From Candidatus Saganbacteria bacterium (lineage in GTDB: Bacteria; Margulisbacteria; WOR-1; O2-12-FULL-45-9; XYB2-FULL-48-7): a DNA stretch of 60,666 nucleotides. Made by a program: the position numbers and the translations under genes. The notes under the pieces are model-generated. The model worked only from the letters and a program-made list of their open reading frames with translations, was not told where the DNA came from and ran no database searches. Where the stretch lies: the NCBI GenBank assembly GCA_016939335.1, contig JAFGHC010000027.1, positions 1 to 60,666 of the forward strand, written 5' to 3'. Positions 38,847 through 47,465 of this stretch are shown here, piece by piece. The first letter of the stretch is position 1. Each line of letters starts with the position of its first letter.

Positions 38847-39224
38847 ATGTCCGATTCGCTCGCCGGCCCCGTGCCGGCCAAGGTCCCGGTCTACCGCCTG
38901 GTCCCCGCCGAGCAAAGAAAAAGAAAGCGGGGGAACGAAAAGGAGCGGCTCGGCACGGCCAGCGCCATGATCAAGGTCTATTCGCACGACGTGCTGGCCG
39001 CCGCGGAAGAAGGCCGCAAGACCAGGCTGCTCTGCCAGATCACCGCTACGGTCCCAAGCAAAACGGGCCGGTCCGCCGATCAGGTCGAGGAGGTATTCGA
39101 CCTGGATCACCGCGAAGCCGCCCCCTACATAAAAGCTTCGACGACCTTCCCGGACACCTGCAGTATCTATACGCTGATAATCAAACGGCCGGCCGATCCC
39201 CGCAATATAAATTTCCTGAAATAG
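38847..39224 (+). CDS. ORFan (125 aa)
   Basis: AAGGAG RBS; convergent with the gene at 39239. Confidence 0.6.
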   Translation: MSDSLAGPVPAKVPVYRLVPAEQRKRKRGNEKERLGTASAMIKVYSHDVLAAAEEGRKTRLLCQITATVPSKTGRSADQVEEVFDLDHREAAPYIKASTTFPDTCSIYTLIIKRPADPRNINFLK

Positions 39225-39238
39225 CCCGGCTCGCCAAG

Positions 39239-40396
39239 CTACGGGTTAACCGGAAACAGGATCCTGATCTCCGCCACGTTGGAGAGCGCGTTATTCAGCT
39301 TCTCCGGGACCCCGCCGGTCAAATAATAGTCGGGAAATTCGCAAACCGGCAGCGGCCGCCACCGGCCGGACGGATCGTCCTTCAGCTTGACGTCCACCAG
39401 GAAACGGTCGAGCAAACGCGCCTCCCAATCGTCCTTAAAGAGATCGGCCGCCAGGTAATCGGGTTTGATGAACGCGCGGAAGAGCGGCGCCCGCCCCTCG
39501 AGCGACGGTTCGCCGTCGAGCGGGGCGACGACCAGCCACTGCGGCGCACCGTAAGCGTATTTAAGGGCGGCCGCGTGACCGGCGGGGATGATCTGGAAGC
39601 CGCCCAGGCTGCCGAGCGGCGAAGTGGAAACGTCGAGCACCCCCGCGTGATTGGCCCTGACCCGGCCGGCCGAAGCGTATTTGCTCCCCTCGAACCGCCC
39701 GATCCCCCGCGCGGGAAAAACGACGCTGCCGACCTCCCTGGTCTCGCCGTTGAAATATGCGACGACGACCCGGCCGCCGGCCCGGTTCTCGATCTCGATC
39801 TCTCTGGGATAATCGACCGGGACCTCAACGATGAGGTAGATCCTGTCCTCGGGCCAGGGGACGTAACCGGGCGGGACCGGCTGATAAACGTAACCGGCGC
39901 GGTGGACCATTACCCGGTTGCCGACCAGCGGCGCGTACTCGCCGCCGAAGATCCCCGTGCCGGCCGGAATATCGGTGTAGATCGAAGCGTCGGCGCTGAA
40001 ATATGACCGGTAATCACGGGGCGGGCTGTAAAACTCCTTCGGCAGCAGGCTGAAAATGACCGCGCGCCCGTCGGCCTCGGTCGAGGTCTTCAGGTGGATG
40101 GCGTTGACCGCCGTGGCGGCCACCTGGCCGTCGGGCACCCAGCGGGCCGCGGCGTAGCCGTGCGGATTGGTCTGGACCGTCGGAGCGACGACCTTGCCCA
40201 ACCGCTGCCAATTCTTGCCGCGGTCGGCGCTGACCTCGACCGTTCCGCCGGCCTGGTTCCAGACCTTGATCCGGTAGATCTCCTTGAGCTTGAGAACGGG
40301 CGCAGCTTCCGGACTGGCAGCTTCGGGTGTAACTTGAGCCAAACAGACAGCCGAAAGCAGACAGCCGAAAGCAGACAGCAGGAGAAGTCGCCGCAT
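39239..40396 (-). CDS. Exported hypothetical protein with an internal N/C duplication
   Basis: Signal peptide; repeated I...N.AGG.V.V ... G.V..P units; GRVRANH.GV.DVSTSP.G..GGFQIIP. Confidence 0.75.
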   Translation of the reverse strand: MRRLLLLSAFGCLLSAVCLAQVTPEAASPEAAPVLKLKEIYRIKVWNQAGGTVEVSADRGKNWQRLGKVVAPTVQTNPHGYAAARWVPDGQVAATAVNAIHLKTSTEADGRAVIFSLLPKEFYSPPRDYRSYFSADASIYTDIPAGTGIFGGEYAPLVGNRVMVHRAGYVYQPVPPGYVPWPEDRIYLIVEVPVDYPREIEIENRAGGRVVVAYFNGETREVGSVVFPARGIGRFEGSKYASAGRVRANHAGVLDVSTSPLGSLGGFQIIPAGHAAALKYAYGAPQWLVVAPLDGEPSLEGRAPLFRAFIKPDYLAADLFKDDWEARLLDRFLVDVKLKDDPSGRWRPLPVCEFPDYYLTGGVPEKLNNALSNVAEIRILFPVNP

Positions 40397-41880
40397 CAGG
40401 CGTTGAGGAACTCGATCAGGGTCCGCACCGGCACCCCAGTCGCCCCCTCGGGAAGATAGCCGCGACCCTTGTCGAGAAAAGCGGTCCCGGCGATGTCGAG
40501 ATGCGCCCAGGGTGTGTCACCGACAAACTTGGCAAGGAAAGCGGCGCCGCTGGAAGGGGAAGCTTTGCCGGTCCCCGAAGTGTTCTTTAAATCAGCCACC
40601 TTGCTCTTAAGCGCTTCCTTATACTCATCATAAAGCGGCAGCTGCCACATCCGCTGGCCGCAGCGGTTGCCGGTCTTGATGATCTCGTCCAGCAACACCT
40701 GGTCGTTCCCCATGATCCCGGTGGCGGCGTCGCCCAGCGCCGTGCTGCAGCCGCCGGTCAGCGTCGCCACGTCGATGATCCTGGTGGCGCCATGCTTTTT
40801 GGCGTAAGTTATCGCGTCAGCCAGGATCAGCCTGCCCTCGGCATCGGTGTTGGTGATCTCGATCGTGCAGCCGGAGAGCGAATCGATCACGTCACCCGGC
40901 TTGCTCGCGTGGCCGGAGGGCATGTTCTCGGTCAGCGGAATGATCCCGAGGACGTTCTTCTTCGGCTTGAGGTCGGCCAGCAGGCTCATCACGCCCAGCA
41001 CCGCCGCCGCCCCCGCCATGTCGGACTTCATCTCTTCCATATTTTTTGACGGCTTGAGCGAGATGCCGCCCGAGTCAAAGGTGATCCCTTTGCCGATCAG
41101 GGCGAGCTTTTCTTTGGCGCCCGGTTTGCCGCGATATTCCAGGGTCACGAAGCGCGGCGGCTGATCGGATCCTTTGGCCACCGACCAGAGCGCTCCCATC
41201 CCCGCCGCCTTCGGGTCAAGCGACGCGAACTTCAAACCGTTGATCTTCGCGATACGCTGCGCCAGTTGGGCAAAAGCGGCCGGCGTCATCCGGTTGGACG
41301 GTTCGTTAACCAGGTCGCGCGCGTGGTTTTCCGCTTCGGCGATGATCAGGCCAAGCCTGGCGCCGCGGGTAAAAGCCCCGATCTTTTTCGCGTCTTTGTC
41401 GATGAGGACCAATTGACCGACCTTGAACTCGGGAGCTTCCTTTTCTTTGGCGTAGCCGGTAAATTCGTAAAGCCCGAGGACCGAGCCCTCGACCACGGCT
41501 TTGGCCGCCGCTTCGGGAACGAGACAATCGCAGCCGGAACCGAGGACGATCGAAGCGACCGTTCTGGCTTTCGTTTCCTTCGCCCGTTTGATAATCGCGG
41601 CCGCGGCGGCCCGCACCGCTTCGAGGTCCAGCTTATCCCGCCGGCCGAGACCGGCGACCGCGACCTTGCCGGCTTTCCCGTCACCGCAATGGATAACGGT
41701 CGTGGCCGCCAGTTTGCCGGTGATCTCGCCGTCACGCATCAGCCGAGAGATCAAACCGTTCAACTCTTTATCGGCGGCGGCCGCCGCGCCCGACGGCCTC
41801 TTTTCGCCCTCGAAGACGCCGACCGCCAGCAGGTCGCACTGACAGCCGGCTAACGATCTATGCTCGACGCTTATCTTCAT
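40396..41880 (-). CDS. pepA: Leucyl aminopeptidase (M17)
   Basis: GKGITFDSGG, MKSDMAG, NTDAEGRL, WAHLDIAG. Confidence 0.95.
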   Translation of the reverse strand: MKISVEHRSLAGCQCDLLAVGVFEGEKRPSGAAAAADKELNGLISRLMRDGEITGKLAATTVIHCGDGKAGKVAVAGLGRRDKLDLEAVRAAAAAIIKRAKETKARTVASIVLGSGCDCLVPEAAAKAVVEGSVLGLYEFTGYAKEKEAPEFKVGQLVLIDKDAKKIGAFTRGARLGLIIAEAENHARDLVNEPSNRMTPAAFAQLAQRIAKINGLKFASLDPKAAGMGALWSVAKGSDQPPRFVTLEYRGKPGAKEKLALIGKGITFDSGGISLKPSKNMEEMKSDMAGAAAVLGVMSLLADLKPKKNVLGIIPLTENMPSGHASKPGDVIDSLSGCTIEITNTDAEGRLILADAITYAKKHGATRIIDVATLTGGCSTALGDAATGIMGNDQVLLDEIIKTGNRCGQRMWQLPLYDEYKEALKSKVADLKNTSGTGKASPSSGAAFLAKFVGDTPWAHLDIAGTAFLDKGRGYLPEGATGVPVRTLIEFLNA

Positions 41881-42438
41881 CTAGAACTTGACCTTGGGCG
41901 CCTCTTTGGCTCCCTGGGCCGCCTCGAAAAAAGTTTTCTCCCGGTCAAAGCCGAACAGGCCGACCAGGGTGACCGTCGGAAAACTCCTGGCCGTCGTGTT
42001 ATAGCTCCGGACCGCGTCGTTATACCTCATCCGGGAAACGGCGATCCGGTTCTCGGTGCCGGCCAGCTCGTCCTGCAGGGCGCGGAAATTTTCCGAAGCG
42101 CGCAGCTGCGGATAGTTCTCGGCCACGGCGATCAGCCGGCCGAGAAAACCTTCCATTTCGTTGGCCGCTTTGACCTTTTCGGAGCCGTTCCGGGCGCCGG
42201 CCCAGGCCGAGCGCGCCGCCGCAACGTTCTCGAACAGCGTTTTCTCGTGCCGGGCGTACCCTTTGACCGTCGCGACCAGGTTGGGGACCAGATCATAGCG
42301 CCGCTGGAGCTGCGTCTCCACCTGACCCCAGTTCTGCTTGACCTCCTGGTCTTTGCCGACCAGGCCGTTATAAATACCGACTGTCCAGAAACCGAGCAAT
42401 AAGACGACTACCAGGATGCCGATTAACCACTTAGACAT
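41881..42438 (-). CDS. lemA: LemA family protein
   Basis: QRRYDLVPNLV..VKGY, ENYPQL, ENRIAV.R.RYN. Confidence 0.93.
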   Translation of the reverse strand: MSKWLIGILVVVLLLGFWTVGIYNGLVGKDQEVKQNWGQVETQLQRRYDLVPNLVATVKGYARHEKTLFENVAAARSAWAGARNGSEKVKAANEMEGFLGRLIAVAENYPQLRASENFRALQDELAGTENRIAVSRMRYNDAVRSYNTTARSFPTVTLVGLFGFDREKTFFEAAQGAKEAPKVKF

Positions 42439-42454
42439 AGAAAACCCTCCTTTT

Positions 42455-42568
42455 AATGACGAATTACGAATGTCGAATTACGAATTATTGTGTCCGCCTC
42501 TGGCGGACTTTAATTAATGTGCCGAAGGCACACCTTCATTCGTCATTCGTAATTAGTAATTCGTAATT
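42455..42568. repeat. Inverted tandem 7-mer element (AATKACG / CGTMATT) with internal hairpins, ORF-less
   Basis: Arms aatgacgaattacgaatgtcgaattacgaatt and cattcgtcattcgtaattagtaattcgtaatt; loop contains gtccgcc-tct-ggcggac and tgtgcc-gaa-ggcaca. Confidence 0.85.
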
Positions 42569-43432
42569 CTACCAGGACCTCCCCGCTCCCCCGCCCCCGC
42601 TGCTGCCGCCGCCAAAGCCGCCGAAGCCGCCTCCGCCGCCGCCAAAACCTCCGCCGCTGAACGACCCGCCGATCCAACCGCCCCAGCCGCCGCGAAAAAA
42701 TCGTAAATATGATACCATAAATCCGAGCACCGCTCCAAGCGCGGCGCCGCCCGGCCCGCCGAGAAAGAACCCGAAGAGCGCGCCGATGAGCGCGCCGGCT
42801 ATGCCGGCCAGCAGACCGTGCAAGAAGATCGTGAAGACCGCAATGATCAGCACCGCGGCCGAGATGACCGCGTCATTTGACCCCCAGTCATCCCGGCTTG
42901 TTTTTCGGGCCGGCCGGTACTGCTCGCCCATTTCCTGCTTGGCGCCGGCCGCGATCTGTTCGCTCAAAGCGGCCGCCACATTATAAAGCCCTTCGCCGAA
43001 TTGCCCCGCCTTGAAATAAGGAATGCCGAATTTGTCGAGGATCGCGCCGGCTTTGGCGTCGTTGATCACCCCTTCGAGCCCGTAGCCGACCTCGATCTCG
43101 ATCCGCCGCTCGTCTTTGGCCAGCAGGATGAGCAGGCCGTTGTCTTTCCCTTTCTGGCCGGGGCGCCACTGCTCGAACAGTCTGACCGCGTAGGTCTTGG
43201 GATCAAGCGGCTCAACCGACTTGACGATCGCCACCGCCAGCTGCGCCGAAGTCTTCTCCGCCAGTTCGCGGCAGAGCCCTTCGAGTTTGGCTTCGGCCTG
43301 GGCGTCAAGCAGGCCGGCGTAATCGTTGACAAAGCCGGTGGGACGGGGAAAAACTGGTTCAGCCGCCGGCACCGCGGCAACCAGCAAAAAAGCGGCCGAT
43401 AAAGCGGTAACTAGTCTCAATAATGGCTTCAT
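42569..43432 (-). CDS. TPM domain (YgcG-like) membrane protein
   Basis: VNDYAGLL, GKDNGLL, IEVGYGLEG, Gly-rich C-tail GGGGAGRSW. Confidence 0.9.
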   Translation of the reverse strand: MKPLLRLVTALSAAFLLVAAVPAAEPVFPRPTGFVNDYAGLLDAQAEAKLEGLCRELAEKTSAQLAVAIVKSVEPLDPKTYAVRLFEQWRPGQKGKDNGLLILLAKDERRIEIEVGYGLEGVINDAKAGAILDKFGIPYFKAGQFGEGLYNVAAALSEQIAAGAKQEMGEQYRPARKTSRDDWGSNDAVISAAVLIIAVFTIFLHGLLAGIAGALIGALFGFFLGGPGGAALGAVLGFMVSYLRFFRGGWGGWIGGSFSGGGFGGGGGGFGGFGGGSSGGGGAGRSW

Positions 43433-43461
43433 CTTGTTTTTTACTTCTAACTTATTACTTT

Positions 43462-43884
43462 TTACTTAAAAAAGATCGCCAGTTCGCGGTCAGCCGCCTC
43501 GGGCGAGTCGGAGCCGTGGACCAGGTTCTTGATGATCCCGTCCTCGTTGATGACCGCCGCTTCCTTGAGGTCGCCGCGGACGGTGCCGCGCTCGGCCGCC
43601 AGCGGGTCGGTGTCGCCCATCAGCCGGCGCAGGGCGGCGATCGCCCCCTCGCCGCTGACCAGGCAGGCGACCACCGGGCCGGAGGTGATGAACTTGATGA
43701 GGCCGGGGTAGAATTTCTTGCCGAGATGGGGCCGGTAGAGCTCGGCCGCCTGGGCGGGGGTCAGGACCAGCTGTTTTTTCTCTGCGACCGCCAGGCCGGC
43801 GCCGCTCACTCTCTTTAAGATCGTTTCCGCCAAGCCGCGGGCCACCCCGTCAGGCTTTATCATGAAGAAGGTTTTTTCTCGCAC
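43462..43884 (-). CDS. ndk: Nucleoside diphosphate kinase
   Basis: MIKPDGV, SGPVVA, GTVRGD, NLVHGSDS. Confidence 0.95.
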   Translation of the reverse strand: MREKTFFMIKPDGVARGLAETILKRVSGAGLAVAEKKQLVLTPAQAAELYRPHLGKKFYPGLIKFITSGPVVACLVSGEGAIAALRRLMGDTDPLAAERGTVRGDLKEAAVINEDGIIKNLVHGSDSPEAADRELAIFFK

Positions 43885-45244
43885 GCTTGATCTCCTCTCT
43901 CACCCGCACCGCGGCCGTGCCGCCCGGCAGATCGCGGCTGGCGATGCTGCTTTCGGCCGAGAGGATGCGCGTGACATCATAGGTGAAGACGGGCGAGAAC
44001 TGCTTGAGCTGCGTGAGCGAGAGGTATTCCAGCTGCATGTTCGATTCCTCGCAGTAGGCGACGATCTTGCCGACGATCGCGTGGGCCTCGCGGAACGGCA
44101 CCCCCTGCCGCACTAAATAATAGGCCAGGTCGGTCGCCGTCAGGTAGCCCTTGCGGGCGGCGGCGGTCATCACCTCGCAGTTAAAACTGGCGCCGGCCAG
44201 CATCTCGCAATAGATCGAGAGGACCCGGCGGACCGTGTCGGCGGTGTCAAAGAGCGGCTCCTTGTCCTCCTGCAGGTCGCGGTTGTAGGCGAGCGGCAGC
44301 CCCTTGAGCATGGTCAGCAGCCCGAGCAGATGGCCGAAGACCCGCCCCGTTTTGCCGCGGGAAAGCTCGGCCACGTCGGGATTTTTTTTCTGCGGCATGA
44401 TCGAGGAGCCGGTGGTGTAGCGGTCGGAGAGCTCGACGAAATCGAATTCGTAGGTCGACCAGATGACCAGTTCCTCCGAGAGGCGCGAAATGTGCGTCAG
44501 GAGGAGCGCCCCGGCCGCGACGAATTCGACGATAAAATCGCGGTCGGAGACGGCGTCCAGGCTGTTGCGCGAGACGCGCGAGAAGCCAAGCTCCTTGGCG
44601 AGCGCGTCGCGGTCGATCGGAAAGCCGGCGCCGGCCAGCGCCCCCGAACCGAGCGTCAGGCAATCGGCCGCCCGCCCGGCCGCCAGGAAGCGCTCCTTGT
44701 CGCGCTGGAGCATCTCGTAATAGGCCATCAGGTGGTGCGAGAGCAGGACCGGCTGCGCCCGCTGCAGGTGGGTGTAGCCGGGCATCACCACCTTGAGGTG
44801 CTTCTCGGCCAGGTCGACGATGACCGTCTGCAGCTTATTGATCAGCAGGACGATCTCGGTCGTTTCGTACTTGACGTACATGCGGGCGTCGGTCACCACC
44901 TGGTCGTTGCGGCTGCGGCCGGAATGGAGCTTTTTGCCGACCTCGCCGATCCGCTCGATCAGGAGGGTCTCGATGTTCATGTGGATGTCTTCCAGCTCGG
45001 GCCGCAGCGGCAGCCGGCCGCTTTCGATCCCTTTCATGATCTCTTCCAGCGCCCTGATGATCTTTTTCGCTTCGGCGGCGGAGAGGATGTGCGGCTTGAC
45101 CAGCGCCCGCGCGTAGGCGATGCTCTGAACGATATCCTGCTTGTAAAGGCGGCGGTCGTAGGCGACCGAACTGCTGAATTCTTCCGCCGACTTCGCCAGC
45201 GGCTCGCGGAACCGCCCCCCCCACGCCTTTTTGTTGACTGCCAT
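43850..45244 (-). CDS. argH: Argininosuccinate lyase
   Basis: WGGRF, GRSRNDQ, MPGYTHLQRAQP, GSSIMPQKKNPD. Confidence 0.97.
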   Translation of the reverse strand: MAVNKKAWGGRFREPLAKSAEEFSSSVAYDRRLYKQDIVQSIAYARALVKPHILSAAEAKKIIRALEEIMKGIESGRLPLRPELEDIHMNIETLLIERIGEVGKKLHSGRSRNDQVVTDARMYVKYETTEIVLLINKLQTVIVDLAEKHLKVVMPGYTHLQRAQPVLLSHHLMAYYEMLQRDKERFLAAGRAADCLTLGSGALAGAGFPIDRDALAKELGFSRVSRNSLDAVSDRDFIVEFVAAGALLLTHISRLSEELVIWSTYEFDFVELSDRYTTGSSIMPQKKNPDVAELSRGKTGRVFGHLLGLLTMLKGLPLAYNRDLQEDKEPLFDTADTVRRVLSIYCEMLAGASFNCEVMTAAARKGYLTATDLAYYLVRQGVPFREAHAIVGKIVAYCEESNMQLEYLSLTQLKQFSPVFTYDVTRILSAESSIASRDLPGGTAAVRVREEIKRARKNLLHDKA

Positions 45245-45248
45245 TTTT

Positions 45249-46454
45249 TTACCTTCCCTTCCTCAATAACGCGGCAACCTTGAGCGGCAGGCCGAAAAGG
45301 TTGATAAAGCCCTCGGCGTCCTTCTGGTTATAAACTGACTCCTTTTCAAAGCTGGCCAGGTCGGGCCGGTAAAGCGAGCGCGCCGCGCGCCGGCCGACGA
45401 CGCCGCAGCTCCCCTTGAAAAGCTTGAGGCGGACGGTGCCGCTGACATTTTTCTGCGTCCGGCCGATGAAAGCGTCGAGCGCCTCCTTGAGCGGCGTGAA
45501 CCACTGGCCGTTATAGACCAGTTCGGCGTATTTCTGGGCGAGCTGCTGTTTGAAGTGCATCGTGTCGCGGTCGAGCGTCAGCGTTTCCAGCGCCTGGTGC
45601 GCGGCGTAGAGGACGGTGCCGCCCGGCGTCTCGTAAACGCCGCGCGACTTGATGCCGACCAGCCGGTTCTCGACGATATCGACCCGGCCGACCCCGTGGC
45701 GCCCGGCGATCCGGTTGAGCGTCTGGATCAGCTTAACCGGAGTTAACCGCTTGCCGCTCACGGCTACCGGCTTGCCGCTGACAAACTCTATCTCAACGTA
45801 CTCGGGCCGGTTGGGCGCTTTTTCCGGCGGGTTCGTCAGCAGGAACATTTCTTCTTGCGGCTCGAACCAGGGGTCCTCCAGGACGCCCCCTTCGTAGCTG
45901 ATATGCCAGAGGTTCCGGTCGGAGGAATACGGTCTCTTCCGGGTGACGGGGACCGGGATATTGTGCCGCTCGGCGTACTCGATCTCTTCCTCGCGGCCGC
46001 CGAGCTCCCACTCACGCCAGGGGGCGATGATCTTGAGCTCCGGCGCCAGCGCCTTGAAGGCAAGCTCGAAGCGGACCTGGTCGTTCCCCTTGCCGGTCGC
46101 GCCGTGAGCCACGGCGTCGGCCTTCTCTTTTTTGGCGATCTCCACCTGCCGCTGGGCGATCAGCGGCCGGGCGACCGACGTCCCCAAGAGGTACTGGTTC
46201 TCATAGACCGCGCCCGCCTTGAGCATCGGGAAAACGAAGTCGCGGGCGAATTCCTCTTTCAGGTCCTCGAGATAAACTTTCGACGCTCCCGTCTTGAGCG
46301 CTTTCGCCCTTAAGTTCTTCAGTTCCTCCGCCTGCCCGACATCCGCCGCATAGGCGATGACCTCGCAGCCGTAATTGTCCTTCAGCCACTTGATCATGAT
46401 GGAAGTGTCGAGCCCGCCGGAATACGCCAGGACCACTTTTTTGATCTTGCTCAT
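45249..46454 (-). CDS. argG: Argininosuccinate synthase
   Basis: [36 protein letters not shown]. Confidence 0.97.
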   Translation of the reverse strand: MSKIKKVVLAYSGGLDTSIMIKWLKDNYGCEVIAYAADVGQAEELKNLRAKALKTGASKVYLEDLKEEFARDFVFPMLKAGAVYENQYLLGTSVARPLIAQRQVEIAKKEKADAVAHGATGKGNDQVRFELAFKALAPELKIIAPWREWELGGREEEIEYAERHNIPVPVTRKRPYSSDRNLWHISYEGGVLEDPWFEPQEEMFLLTNPPEKAPNRPEYVEIEFVSGKPVAVSGKRLTPVKLIQTLNRIAGRHGVGRVDIVENRLVGIKSRGVYETPGGTVLYAAHQALETLTLDRDTMHFKQQLAQKYAELVYNGQWFTPLKEALDAFIGRTQKNVSGTVRLKLFKGSCGVVGRRAARSLYRPDLASFEKESVYNQKDAEGFINLFGLPLKVAALLRKGR

Positions 46455-46463
46455 GGTTGCTCC

Positions 46464-47417
46464 TTAACGGTTTTCCAGATAGAGTGCCAGCTGTTTATCG
46501 CCGAGCAGTTTGACCAGGATCGCCTTCTGGACGTGGAGGCGGTTCTCCGCCTGGTCGAACACGACCGAATTCGGCCCGTCGATCACCTGGTCGGTGACTT
46601 CTTCGCCGCGGTGGGCGGGGAGGCAGTGCATGAAGATGTAATCGGGTTTGGCCAGACCGACCAGGGCTGAATTGATCTGAAAATCCCTGAATTCGGCTTT
46701 CCGCTTTCGGCTTTCGGCTTCCTGCCCCATCGAGGTCCAGACGTCGGTATAGATGACGTCGGCGCCCTGCGCGGCAATGACCGGATCATTAAGGATATCG
46801 ATCTCAATGCCCGCCTTCCTGGCATCGGCAAAGGCCTGGTCGACGATCTTTTCGTTGGGTTCGTAACCCCTGGGGGTGGCGACCGTCAAATTGATGCCAA
46901 CCTTGGCGGAAGCCGACATCAGCGAGTGGCAGACATTGTTGCCGTCGCCGATATAAGCCATTTTCAGGCCTTTCAGGTCGCGCCCTTTTTTTTCGATCAC
47001 CGTAAAAACGTCGGCCAGCGCCTGGCAGGGATGAAGGAGGTCGGAGAGCGCGTTGATCACCGGCACGCTGGCGTATTTGGCCAGTTCGCTGACCTTATCA
47101 TGGGCAAAAGTGCGGATGAGGATGGCGTCGGCAAAGCGGGAGAGCGTCCGCGCCACGTCGCCGACCGACTCCCGGGTGCCGAGGCCGATCGCCTCCTGGT
47201 CGAGGTTGATCGCCAGCCCCCCGAGCTGCCACATGCCGACCTCAAAAGAGACCCGGGTGCGCGTGCTCGGTTTTTCGAAGATCATCGCCAGCGACTTGGC
47301 CCAGAGGTACTCGTGTTTGACCTTGTTCTTCTGCTTATCCTTCAGGTCGGCGGCCAGGTTCAGTATTTCCTCAACCTGGCGGGCGGACAGATCGTGGATT
47401 GATATGAAGTCCTTCAT
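46464..47417 (-). CDS. argF: Ornithine carbamoyltransferase
   Basis: FEKPSTRTR, HPCQALAD, SMGQE, FMHCLP; start adjusted to MKDF. Confidence 0.96.
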   Translation of the reverse strand: MKDFISIHDLSARQVEEILNLAADLKDKQKNKVKHEYLWAKSLAMIFEKPSTRTRVSFEVGMWQLGGLAINLDQEAIGLGTRESVGDVARTLSRFADAILIRTFAHDKVSELAKYASVPVINALSDLLHPCQALADVFTVIEKKGRDLKGLKMAYIGDGNNVCHSLMSASAKVGINLTVATPRGYEPNEKIVDQAFADARKAGIEIDILNDPVIAAQGADVIYTDVWTSMGQEAESRKRKAEFRDFQINSALVGLAKPDYIFMHCLPAHRGEEVTDQVIDGPNSVVFDQAENRLHVQKAILVKLLGDKQLALYLENR

Positions 47418-47465
47418 GATCAGGACTATAATATAGCACAAAGAGGGGAAAAAGACAAAGCAGGG

